From Acidimicrobiales bacterium (lineage in GTDB: Bacteria > Actinomycetota > Acidimicrobiia > Acidimicrobiales > AC-9): a stretch of 64,000 nt of DNA. Below are positions 47,452 to 55,939 of the stretch, piece by piece. Location: positions 9,925 through 73,924 of the forward strand of contig DATBBR010000046.1 in the NCBI GenBank assembly GCA_036270875.1, given 5' to 3'. The notes under the pieces are model-generated. The model had not been told where the DNA came from. It made no database searches and worked only from the letters and a program-made list of their open reading frames with translations. The position numbers and the translations under genes are program-made. How positions within the stretch are numbered: position 1 is the first letter of the stretch; the number at the start of each line of letters is the position of its first letter.

Positions 47452-48231
47452 TCAGCTCCCCACCGTCTCCTGCCCGTTCAGGTCCGCGTGGAGGGTCCTG
47501 GCGAGGGCGCGGTACGCCTCTGCGCCCGGCGAGCCGGGGGCGTGGCGGAGGATCGAGCGTCCACGAGCCGGCGCCTCTGCGAAGCGGATGGACTTGCCGA
47601 CCGGAGGATCGAGGACGGGCAGCGCATAGCGGTCGCGCACGTCGCCGAGGATCTGTCGGGAATGGCGGGTCCTCGGGTCGAGCATCGTCGCGATGATCCC
47701 TCGCACGGCGAGATCGGAGTTGGCGAAGGCCCGGACGTCCTCGATGGTGTCGAGGAGCTGGGCCACGCCGCGATGGCTCAGGGCCTCGCACTGCAGCGGG
47801 ACGAGAACCTCGTCGGCGACCGTGAGCCCGTTGATGGTGAGCACGCCCAGTGATGGTGGGCAGTCCACGAGCACGGTGTCGTAGCTGCCTCGCAGCGGCT
47901 CCAGCGCCCTGGCCAGGGCGTGCTCGCGCCCGGTGCGGGTGAGGAGCAGCACTTCGGAGCCGGCCAGGTCGATCGTGGCCGGCACCACGTCTAGCGCCTC
48001 GACGGATTGCAGCACCTCCTTCACCGGCACCCGGCGCACGAAGACGTCGTGCACGGACCGAGGAAGGCTGTCAGGGTCGAGTCCCACTGAGTACGTCAGG
48101 CAGGCCTGGGGATCCAGGTCGACGAGCAGCACACGTTCGCCCAGCTCGCTGAGCGCAACCCCGAGCGCGTGCACCGTCGTCGTCTTGGCGACCCCGCCCT
48201 TCTGGTTCGCCACCGCCATGACGCGAGCCAT
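47452..48231 (-). CDS. ParA/Soj/MinD-family ATPase (orphan; no parB seen)
   Basis: Deviant Walker A NQKGGVAKTTT, plus LLVDLDPQA and VLVDCPPSLG. Confidence 0.9.
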   Translation of the reverse strand: MARVMAVANQKGGVAKTTTVHALGVALSELGERVLLVDLDPQACLTYSVGLDPDSLPRSVHDVFVRRVPVKEVLQSVEALDVVPATIDLAGSEVLLLTRTGREHALARALEPLRGSYDTVLVDCPPSLGVLTINGLTVADEVLVPLQCEALSHRGVAQLLDTIEDVRAFANSDLAVRGIIATMLDPRTRHSRQILGDVRDRYALPVLDPPVGKSIRFAEAPARGRSILRHAPGSPGAEAYRALARTLHADLNGQETVGS

Positions 48232-48315
48232 CGCCGGAGTCTACGGCGGTCGCCGACCCCATTGACGGAAAGTTGGAGAAATTTTCGTTGAGATCGCCGT
48301 CAGTGAGATGTCGGC
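48232..48315. promoter_or_regulatory. Lower-GC divergent spacer with TGACGG/CCGTCA inverted repeat and duplicated TGAGAT
   Basis: ttgacgg (48262-48268) and ccgtcag (48297-48303). TGAGAT at 48289-48294 and 48304-48309. An aaatttt stretch is unusual for this DNA. Confidence 0.35.
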
Positions 48316-49914
48316 ATGACGTTCACCGCTCTGCACCACCCCGTCGCTACGATCACCGCTGGTGGGCCCACGAGCGGAACGCAGCGAGCGAGGGTGACAC
48401 CGGCGCCCGCCAAGGTGACCCCGCTCTGCCTCGAGGCCGCCGAGCGGGCGTGCCCCCGGTGGCTGGCCTGCGAGATCGACGAGCGACCAGGGACGCGGAC
48501 GGCGTTCAATCGATGGCGCATCCGCAACGCCCTCGTGGCCAGGGCCACGGCCGCTCATCGCCAGCTGCGGGCGCCCCGGCCCGAGGACTTCGGTCCTCCG
48601 TCGAACCTGCTCCCGGAGGAGGCAGCCATCTTCGTGGAGGCCGGCGCCGGCTACGTTCGTCATTTCGGTGGCCGGGACGTCCGGGCTGTCGCCCACGGGC
48701 CCAGCAGGCCCGACTACTGGCCGAAGCGGAACCTCACCGTTGGAGGCGCCATCGATCTCGCGGTCGAGGACGCGGACGGCGACCTGGAGCTCCGCCAGCT
48801 CGAGCTGTGGGGTGGCCCCGTGTGCGCCGACCCCACGAGGAGCGCCAAGGTGCTCTGCGCCGTGCTCCGCCTCGCCAGGCGGGCGTCGGGCGGGGGTCTG
48901 CGGGTGCGACACGTCGACCTGTTGGGTGCCGATGCCGACGAGTGGGAGATCGACTGGGCTAGGGACCTGCAGGGCCTCGGGGCTCTGCTGGATGAGCGCG
49001 TGGCGGTCGTTCGGGAGCGGGCGCGCTCGCCGTCGCCGGAGATCGGCCAGGGCTGTGGCATGTGCCGGCACGCCGAAGACTGCCCGGCCCATCGCAACGC
49101 AGGTACGCCCGTCCCGCCGACCGATGTCGACGATCACCAGGGAGAGGATCTCATCGGCGACATCGTGCGCCTGAGCCCCACGGCGGTGGAGAACTGGTAC
49201 CGGTGTCGCCGGGCCTTTCGGGCCCGCCATCTTCTGTCGCTGCCCGGCACCGATCCGGGCCCGGGCGGGGCCAACGAGGGACTGCTCGTCCATCGACTGT
49301 TGCACCGACTCCACCGCGAAGGCCGCTGTGGCGATGCGCTCCGGATGTCTGACCTGGCCGAGAGCCATGCCGGCGCCGACGGCCTCGACGCCTCGAGGAC
49401 CTTGGGATTTCTCGATCGCCATGCCCGCCGGTGTCCCCGGGGAGCCATCTCCGTCGGGCACGAGCGAGAGCTCGCCCGGGGCTGGTTCGGCGCGCGGCCG
49501 GTGCTCATGGTGACGGGGACCATCGATGCCGTGTGGAGCCACGGCGGTCTGTTGGATGCCCGTGACTACAAGTGCGGCGTGCCGCAGGTGGCCACGTTGC
49601 GCGACAGCGCCGAGGCCCGGGTGCAGGCATGGCTGCTCGCGCCGCTCGCCGAGGAGCTCGGGCTCCAGCTTCGGCTGCGCCATGAGCACCTGTCGCCTCA
49701 GGCCGCCGACGATCCTGACCCCTTCGAGCCAGACGCCGAGGACCTGGAGGAGATCTCGGCCGAGCTCATCGGCCTCGGCGCCGCCGTCGGCGCCGAGCGG
49801 GAGTGGCGGGGCGTGAGCACCGAGCCGGTGTGCCGGACCTGCTCCTACCGTTCGGTCTGCCCGGACAACGCCTCACGCGCTGGCATACAGAGCTCGGGCC
49901 GAGAGGTGCTATGA
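48316..49914 (+). CDS. Tandem PD-(D/E)XK Cas4/AddB-like nuclease with two CX2CX5C iron-sulfur cysteine clusters (first copy degenerate)
   Basis: Second half: SPTAVENWYRCRRAF, GTIDAV, LLDARDYK, CRTCSYRSVC. First half: ACPRWL, GGAIDLAV, DLELRQLE (Lys missing), CGMCRHAEDC. Confidence 0.75.
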   Translation: MTFTALHHPVATITAGGPTSGTQRARVTPAPAKVTPLCLEAAERACPRWLACEIDERPGTRTAFNRWRIRNALVARATAAHRQLRAPRPEDFGPPSNLLPEEAAIFVEAGAGYVRHFGGRDVRAVAHGPSRPDYWPKRNLTVGGAIDLAVEDADGDLELRQLELWGGPVCADPTRSAKVLCAVLRLARRASGGGLRVRHVDLLGADADEWEIDWARDLQGLGALLDERVAVVRERARSPSPEIGQGCGMCRHAEDCPAHRNAGTPVPPTDVDDHQGEDLIGDIVRLSPTAVENWYRCRRAFRARHLLSLPGTDPGPGGANEGLLVHRLLHRLHREGRCGDALRMSDLAESHAGADGLDASRTLGFLDRHARRCPRGAISVGHERELARGWFGARPVLMVTGTIDAVWSHGGLLDARDYKCGVPQVATLRDSAEARVQAWLLAPLAEELGLQLRLRHEHLSPQAADDPDPFEPDAEDLEEISAELIGLGAAVGAEREWRGVSTEPVCRTCSYRSVCPDNASRAGIQSSGREVL

Positions 49915-49921
49915 AGGCGCC

Positions 49922-50329
49922 GTGACCAAAGAGGAGGCGCGCGAGTACGCCCGTCGCCTGGCCGGCCTGCGGGTGGCCATCGGAGCCACTGCCATCGTGG
50001 CCCCCCGGCTCGTGACCAGACCGTGGTTGGGTCGCGGCGTGGGACGTCCGACCGACAAGCTGCTGGCCCGGTCGCTCGGCAGCCGTGACATCGCCCTCGG
50101 CTTGGGAGCCATCCTGGCTATGGATCGCGGCGCGCCGTCCCGCGGCTGGCTGGAAGCAGGCGGCCTGGCGGACGCCGGGGACCTTCTGGGCACGCTGCTC
50201 GCGTTCCGCTCGCTGCCTCGGTTCGGCCGGTGGACGATGCTGCTCGCCACCACTGGAGCCGTCGCCGCGGCCGGTGTGCTGGCGCCGATGGTGGACCGAC
50301 AGGAGGATCGGCCCGGCGCTGTCGTTTGA
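49922..50329 (+). CDS. Small membrane protein (DUF4267-like), 7 nt downstream of the nuclease gene
   Basis: GTG start. LGSRDIALGLGAIL and three or four hydrophobic helices. Confidence 0.55.
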   Translation: MTKEEAREYARRLAGLRVAIGATAIVAPRLVTRPWLGRGVGRPTDKLLARSLGSRDIALGLGAILAMDRGAPSRGWLEAGGLADAGDLLGTLLAFRSLPRFGRWTMLLATTGAVAAAGVLAPMVDRQEDRPGAVV

Positions 50330-50342
50330 GAGCCCGAGCTGG

Positions 50343-51371
50343 TTATGAGATGGCGGGCGTGAGCGGGCGGGGCTGGAGCTCGATCCACGAAGGGCCGGGC
50401 TGGAGCGCGATTGTGGCGCCCGTCGAGTCGGTCAGCTTCATCGTGTCGGTGATGGTGTTGCGCGTCCACGTGCCGGTGATGACCTGTCCGTTGCGCAGGA
50501 CGGCAGCCGGGCCGGACCCCACCACGATCACGAGTGGGTCCTCGTTGCCTGCGGAGTCAAAAATCCCCGTCGGCCCGATGGCAGTCGACAGCACCACGAC
50601 ATCAGTGGCCGAGATACGCGATCCGTTGGAGAGCACGTCCGCCTTACCGTTCTGAGTTCGCAGGTACTTCTGGGTGGTCGGGTCCCAGGTCCAGGTGACG
50701 GTGGAGATGTTCGACATCGGGATGCGGGCGGTGACGCCGCTCGACCCCTTCGGCACGGCGGCGTTGTACGTGAAGATCGGCTTCGGCGGGCTCGTGCTCG
50801 CGCCCGCCTTCTCCCCAGCGGCGTAGAGATCGGTGGTCGAGGCGTACACCTGGAACGGCACCGGATGCCCCGGGAGCTGCTTGAAGGCCGAGATACCGGC
50901 GTCGAAGGACAGCAGGGTCGCGGTGGACTGCGCCTTGACCGGTGCGATCTCTCCGGCGGCCGCGCCCGAGTAGGCGAAGATGCCCCCGCCGAGCTGGCGC
51001 AGCAGTGCGGCGTCGACGGGCCGAGCCGATCGGATCGGGCCGACCAGTGTCGCGTCCTGGGACTGGTATGTGGCCAGCAGCCTCGTAAGCCCACCTTCGA
51101 CGAGAGCGTCGGTGACGATGTCGGCCTTGTCGAGACCCGACTGGGGTAGTCCAGGCGGTGAGTTGTCGACCTTGATCGACAGGGCGGGCCGCTGGTTCAC
51201 GCTTGGGACGACTAGACCAGTCAGGGGCGCGGTGGCGGGGCCGCTCGTCGTCGACTTGCCACCGCTCGAACAGCTGGCGGCGACGAGTGCGGCGGTCGAG
51301 AGGGCGACCCCGAGAGACAGCTTGGAGAGGCGTCGACGCCCGAGGACGGCCGTCCGTGAGGTGACAGGCAC
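50343..51371 (-). CDS. DUF3048-domain lipoprotein (YerB-like)
   Basis: GTG start. Signal peptide with lipobox LVAASC. PALSIKVDNSPPGLPQSGLDKADIVTDALVEGGLTRLLATYQS. Confidence 0.85.
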   Translation of the reverse strand: MPVTSRTAVLGRRRLSKLSLGVALSTAALVAASCSSGGKSTTSGPATAPLTGLVVPSVNQRPALSIKVDNSPPGLPQSGLDKADIVTDALVEGGLTRLLATYQSQDATLVGPIRSARPVDAALLRQLGGGIFAYSGAAAGEIAPVKAQSTATLLSFDAGISAFKQLPGHPVPFQVYASTTDLYAAGEKAGASTSPPKPIFTYNAAVPKGSSGVTARIPMSNISTVTWTWDPTTQKYLRTQNGKADVLSNGSRISATDVVVLSTAIGPTGIFDSAGNEDPLVIVVGSGPAAVLRNGQVITGTWTRNTITDTMKLTDSTGATIALQPGPSWIELQPRPLTPAIS

Positions 51372-51724
51372 GCCGACAGGTTAGAGGTTTGTGGGCACCC
51401 CTTGATGGACCATTGCTCAGTCGCGAACGGCGAGGGCGAGGCCGGCCTCGACCAGCCACATCCCGACTGTCCGCCTCCAACTGCCCGTTCGACGAGAGTG
51501 CAGACCCCACCGCGCCCGGCCGGCCCCTCGCCTCGGCGGGCAGGGGCGGCCGGGCGCTGGCGCCTTTCGCCAGGCCATCGGCTCTGGGGTCCAGTTGTGG
51601 AGCAGAAGGGGATGCATGTCGGCTCCGTCATCGGCGTGGTCGGTGCCTGCCGACACCGTCGCAGCCCTGGCCGCCGAGAGCCAGAGAGTTTCCGACGGTG
51701 CCACTGTGGGACCACAATCACCCC

Positions 51725-52981
51725 GTGTCGTCATGGCTCGAGCCCGCCCGCCGATTACCCGTGATTGGTCAACCAGACGTGTTGGTCGTGGGGGCCGGCT
51801 CCGCCGGCATCGCGGCCGCGTTAGCGGCGGCCCGCCGAGGCGCGGACACCTGGCTGCTGGAGCAGTCGGGCTTCCTCGGTGGCCTGGCGACCGTCGGGCT
51901 CATCAACCTGCTCCTGACCATGGATGACGGTGGCGGTACGGCTGTGGTGGCCGGACTGTGCCAGGAGTTCATCGACCGCATCGACGAGCGCGGAGCGGCG
52001 CGTCACCCGCCTGCGAGTGAATGGGACAGCGAGGACCCTTCGACAGTGGATCGGTGGCGCCGATGGGGGCTCATCTGGGGTGCTCCTCCGGAGGCGGTGC
52101 GGTACTCGGTGGCGTTCGACCCCGAGGTCTTCGTCGACGTCGCCCACGAGACGCTCGCGACGGCTGGCGTCCGGCTCCGTCTCCACAGCTCGTTCGCCAC
52201 GGTTGCCATGACCGACGCAGCCGTCGCAGCCGTCATCGTGGAGTCGAAGCGGGGTCGGGAGGCGATCTGCCCGCAGGTGGTGGTCGATGCCACTGGCGAC
52301 GCAGACGTGGTCGTCGCGGCCGGCGCCGACCACGAAAGGGTGAGCATCCCGCCGTACCTGTGGTTCCGGGTCGGCGGCGTGCCCGAGGCGGCGGTAGACG
52401 ACGCTGGTCGCACTTTGTTCCTCACCACCGGGAGGGGGCGCGTCCTGGTTCCCTGGGGACCTTCGACCCAGCGGGTCGATCCGTGTGATCCCGACGACAT
52501 GACGGCGGCCGAGGTGCGGTGCCGACTGGCGGCGCGAAGTGAGTTCGAGCGGCTCCGACGAGAGGTCCCGGGATTCGCGGACGCGTGGCTCGACGACTAC
52601 GCGCGCATGCTGGGCATCACCGAGAGTCGTCGGCTGGTCGGTGCCTACGTGCTCCGAAAGGAGGACGGGGACCTCCGCTTTCCGGACGCGATCGCCCAGA
52701 CGGGCCACTGGACGAGGCGACACGTGGTGTTCGACATCCCGTATCGCTGCCTCGTCACGCCGGCGGTGACCAACCTGCTTGTGGCGGGCCGATGCATCTC
52801 AACGACCCGCTACGTGCACCAGGCCACCAAGGAGATCCCGGCGGCGATGGCCACCGGGGAGGCCGCGGGCGCGGGAGCGGCACGGGCTGCCGCTGCCCGC
52901 GTCGCTGTCCAGCATGTCGACATCGCTGCCCTGCGTGCTGATCTTCGTTCGCAGGGTGCGTTCGTCGGCGGCCCCGACTGA
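51725..52981 (+). CDS. FAD-dependent oxidoreductase (FAD_oxidored-type Rossmann N-terminus)
   Basis: DVLVVGAGSAGIAAALAAARRGADTWLLEQSGFLGGLAT. The start is uncertain: GTG 51725, or GTG near 51760. The upstream 112 codons of the track ORF look non-coding. Confidence 0.8.
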   Translation: MSSWLEPARRLPVIGQPDVLVVGAGSAGIAAALAAARRGADTWLLEQSGFLGGLATVGLINLLLTMDDGGGTAVVAGLCQEFIDRIDERGAARHPPASEWDSEDPSTVDRWRRWGLIWGAPPEAVRYSVAFDPEVFVDVAHETLATAGVRLRLHSSFATVAMTDAAVAAVIVESKRGREAICPQVVVDATGDADVVVAAGADHERVSIPPYLWFRVGGVPEAAVDDAGRTLFLTTGRGRVLVPWGPSTQRVDPCDPDDMTAAEVRCRLAARSEFERLRREVPGFADAWLDDYARMLGITESRRLVGAYVLRKEDGDLRFPDAIAQTGHWTRRHVVFDIPYRCLVTPAVTNLLVAGRCISTTRYVHQATKEIPAAMATGEAAGAGAARAAAARVAVQHVDIAALRADLRSQGAFVGGPD

Positions 52982-53043
52982 CGTCGCCTCCTCGTCCCGC
53001 GGCTTTCGAAGGGACGTCCGTGCAAGTACCCAGTGTTCCACCT

Positions 53044-53102
53044 TACGTCGAAATGGATCGCTGGCGCCCGGTGCTTTCGACATAAGGTGGAACGCGGGCA
53101 CA
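53044..53102. other. Long imperfect inverted repeat (19-nt arms, 18/19 complementary, 21-nt loop) in a lower-GC spacer
   Basis: gttccaccttacgtcgaaa (53044-53062) against tttcgacataaggtggaac (53084-53102), with a single C/A mismatch. No flanking U-tract. Confidence 0.85.
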
Positions 53103-53257
53103 ATCGAGACGGTCGCTCTTCGGCGGCCGCGGGATGCCTCGCATCGCATCTGGGGGAGGTTGCTGTCACACCTCTCGCGTACGATGCCCACGGCGCCTCG
53201 AGTGGCCGGCGCCCACACCCAGGCCCTCCCAATGGATCGCATGACCAGGGAGTAGCC

Positions 53258-54775
53258 GTGATCGCCGCCATCCCATCCGCCACCCTCTTCGGTGTCGAGG
53301 GTCGGCCAGTCGCCGTGGAGGTACACGTCTCCAACGGCCTGCCCGGGTTCACCGTCGTCGGCCTGCCCGACGCCGCCTGCAGGGAGTCGCGAGACCGCGT
53401 GCGGGCGGCCCTGCTGTCGAGCGGGCTGCCTTGGCCGCTGCGGAGGGTGACGGTGAACCTCGCCCCCTCCGGGGTCCGCAAGGGTGGCGCGGGACTCGAC
53501 CTGCCGATCGCCATCGGTCTGCTCGTCGCCAGCGGTCAGCTACCGGCCGAGGCGGTGGAGAACTGCGGTTTCCTGGGGGAGCTCGGACTCGACGGCTCGC
53601 TGCGGCGGATCCCTGGAGTCGTCGCTCTCGTGGATGCGATGTGCGTCGGTGCGGTCGTCGTGCCGGCAGCCTGCGCCGACGAGGCGGCGCTGGTTGGCCG
53701 CCACGTCGTCCGAGGGATCAGCTCGCTGTCCCAGCTCGTCGACGCCCTGCGGGGGGTGGGCCCCTGGCCGAGCGTGTCCGTTCGTCCGAGGGTGGCAGCG
53801 ACGGGGTCCCAGGAGCCGGATCTCCGCGACGTGCGCGGCCAGCGCCTCGGCCGGCGGGCGCTTGAGGTGGCCGCGGCGGGAGGTCATCACGTGCTCTTCA
53901 TCGGCCCACCGGGGTCTGGGAAGACAATGCTCGCCAGCCGGCTCGCGCCCATTCTTCCCCCACTGGGATCGGCAGAGGCCCTCGAGACGACGCGCGTGCA
54001 CTCGACTGCAGGGCTCGCCCTGTCGGGCGACCTCGTCCGGCGCTCGCCGTTCCGGGCGCCGCACCATGGCGCCTCGGACGTGTCCGTCATCGGGGGTGGC
54101 ACGTCGTGGATGCGACCGGGGGAAATCAGCCTTGCCCACAACGGCGTCCTGTTCCTCGACGAGATGGGTGAGTTTGCCGGGACGGTTCTCGAGGCCCTGC
54201 GTCAACCGCTCGAGGAGGGCGTGGTGCGAGTCTGCCGGGCTCGGGCGAGCGTGACCTTCCCCGCTCGCTTCCTGCTCGTCGGGGCCATGAACCCCTGTCC
54301 GTGCGGAGAAGGGTCGATGCCGGGTGCCTGTCGCTGCTCGGAGGCGGCGCGGGCGAGGTATGCGCGTCGTCTCTCCGGACCAGTGCTGGACCGCTTCGAC
54401 CTGCGCGTCGCGCTGAGTCGTCCCGACGTCGGGGAGCTGCTGGGCGGACCGGCAGGGGAGAGCAGCGCGGCGGTGGCCGATCGCGTGGCCCAGGCCCGGG
54501 AGCTGGCCGGCGCACGCGGCGTGCGAGCCAATGCCGGGATTCCGGCGAACCGGCTGGACGAGGTTGCACCGCTCAGCAGTGAGGCCGAGGCGTTGCTGGA
54601 ACGCCGGCTGCGATCGGGCGCGCTGAGCGCACGAGGGCTGCACCGCGTCCGGCGCGTCGCCCGTACGCTCGCCGACCTCGACGGCGCCCCACCGGTCATC
54701 GGAGCGGGGCAAGTGGCCGCGGCCCTCGAGCTGCGGGTGGCCTTCACGGCGCTGGCACCGTCGCTGGCGTCATGA
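53258..54775 (+). CDS. comM: Mg-chelatase-like AAA+ protein ComM/YifB
   Basis: GTG behind AGGGAG. FTVVGLPDAACRESRDRV, GPPGSGKTMLA, LFLDEMGEF. Confidence 0.93.
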   Translation: MIAAIPSATLFGVEGRPVAVEVHVSNGLPGFTVVGLPDAACRESRDRVRAALLSSGLPWPLRRVTVNLAPSGVRKGGAGLDLPIAIGLLVASGQLPAEAVENCGFLGELGLDGSLRRIPGVVALVDAMCVGAVVVPAACADEAALVGRHVVRGISSLSQLVDALRGVGPWPSVSVRPRVAATGSQEPDLRDVRGQRLGRRALEVAAAGGHHVLFIGPPGSGKTMLASRLAPILPPLGSAEALETTRVHSTAGLALSGDLVRRSPFRAPHHGASDVSVIGGGTSWMRPGEISLAHNGVLFLDEMGEFAGTVLEALRQPLEEGVVRVCRARASVTFPARFLLVGAMNPCPCGEGSMPGACRCSEAARARYARRLSGPVLDRFDLRVALSRPDVGELLGGPAGESSAAVADRVAQARELAGARGVRANAGIPANRLDEVAPLSSEAEALLERRLRSGALSARGLHRVRRVARTLADLDGAPPVIGAGQVAAALELRVAFTALAPSLAS

Positions 54776-55911
54776 GCGGCGCTGTGTCAGCCAACGAGGC
54801 CACGGAGGTCGACAGGCTCGCAGCGGCCGCGCTGGCAGGGCTGCCGAAGATGAGCTTCGGTCGGCTTCGCGCCCTGCTCGCGGCCGCCCCAGCGGCAGCG
54901 GCCTGGGCTGGGGTGGCGGAGGATCGGGGCTTCGTGCCGCGCGCTCTCGGTGGGGATACCGCTGCGTTCGCTGGTGACTGGGCGAGCGCGGCGCGACGGG
55001 TCGACCTGGCCGCGATAGGCCGGGCCCATCAGGCCGCCGGCGTCGCGGTACACCTGCTCGGGGACGCCGACTATCCCTCGGTGCTGGCGGACGACCACGA
55101 GGCACCAGCCGTGCTGTTCTCGCGCGGCGACCTCGGCGCCCTCACAGGGCCCATCGTCGCCGTCGTGGGTACACGCTCAGCGACGCACTACGGCCAGGAC
55201 GTCGCCGCCGAGCTGTCGCGCGACCTGGCCCGGGCGGGCGTCGTCGTTGTCTCCGGCCTCGCCCTGGGTATCGACGCCGCTGCTCATCAAGGCGCGCTAG
55301 CCGCGACAGGCGCGCCGCCAGTGGGTGTGGTCGCGTCGGGCCTCGACGTCGTCTACCCCAGCCGCAACGCCCGGTTGTGGGACCAGGTGGCGACGAGGGG
55401 CACCTTGTTGTCCGAGTCCCCGCTCGGGACGACAGCTGCGGCCTGGCGCTTTCCGATGCGCAACCGGATCATCGCCGCCATCGCCCAGGTCGTCGTGGTC
55501 GTCGAGGGCCATCGCCGTAGTGGCGCGCTGCACACGGTCGAGGCCGCGATCGAGCGGGGGAGACTCGTGATGGCCGTCCCCGGCTCGGTGCGCAGTCCGG
55601 CCTCCGAGGGGACCAACGCTCTGCTGGCCGACGGATGTCAACCGGCTCGGGACGCCGACGACGTGTTGGTCGCGGTGGATCTGGAGCGGACCGGGCGCTC
55701 GACGACTCCGACTCCTCCACGGGGTGCCGAGCTCGGCGAAGACGAGAGAGCCACGTTGAACGCCCTCGACTGGCAGCCCACGGGGACCGACGAGGTCCTG
55801 CGGCGGACAGGGATGCCGCTGGGCGAGGTGGCGGTCATCCTCGACCGGCTGGAGGAGGCTGGTCTGGCCCGAGGAGGACCCGGCTGGTGGGAGCGACGTC
55901 GGCGTCGGTGA
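54772..55911 (+). CDS. dprA: DNA processing protein DprA/Smf
   Basis: ATGA overlap with the comM stop. VVSGLALGIDAAAHQGAL, C-terminal winged-helix-like tail. Confidence 0.92.
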   Translation: MSGAVSANEATEVDRLAAAALAGLPKMSFGRLRALLAAAPAAAAWAGVAEDRGFVPRALGGDTAAFAGDWASAARRVDLAAIGRAHQAAGVAVHLLGDADYPSVLADDHEAPAVLFSRGDLGALTGPIVAVVGTRSATHYGQDVAAELSRDLARAGVVVVSGLALGIDAAAHQGALAATGAPPVGVVASGLDVVYPSRNARLWDQVATRGTLLSESPLGTTAAAWRFPMRNRIIAAIAQVVVVVEGHRRSGALHTVEAAIERGRLVMAVPGSVRSPASEGTNALLADGCQPARDADDVLVAVDLERTGRSTTPTPPRGAELGEDERATLNALDWQPTGTDEVLRRTGMPLGEVAVILDRLEEAGLARGGPGWWERRRRR

Positions 55912-55939
55912 GCACGACCTACGGCAGAGAGCTTTCGAC

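Noticed and set aside
51690-51725. GCCACTG string reminiscent of a cobalamin riboswitch core upstream of the FAD oxidoreductase
   Set aside because: No B12 box or the other conserved cobalamin-riboswitch segments are present nearby. It is most likely coincidental.
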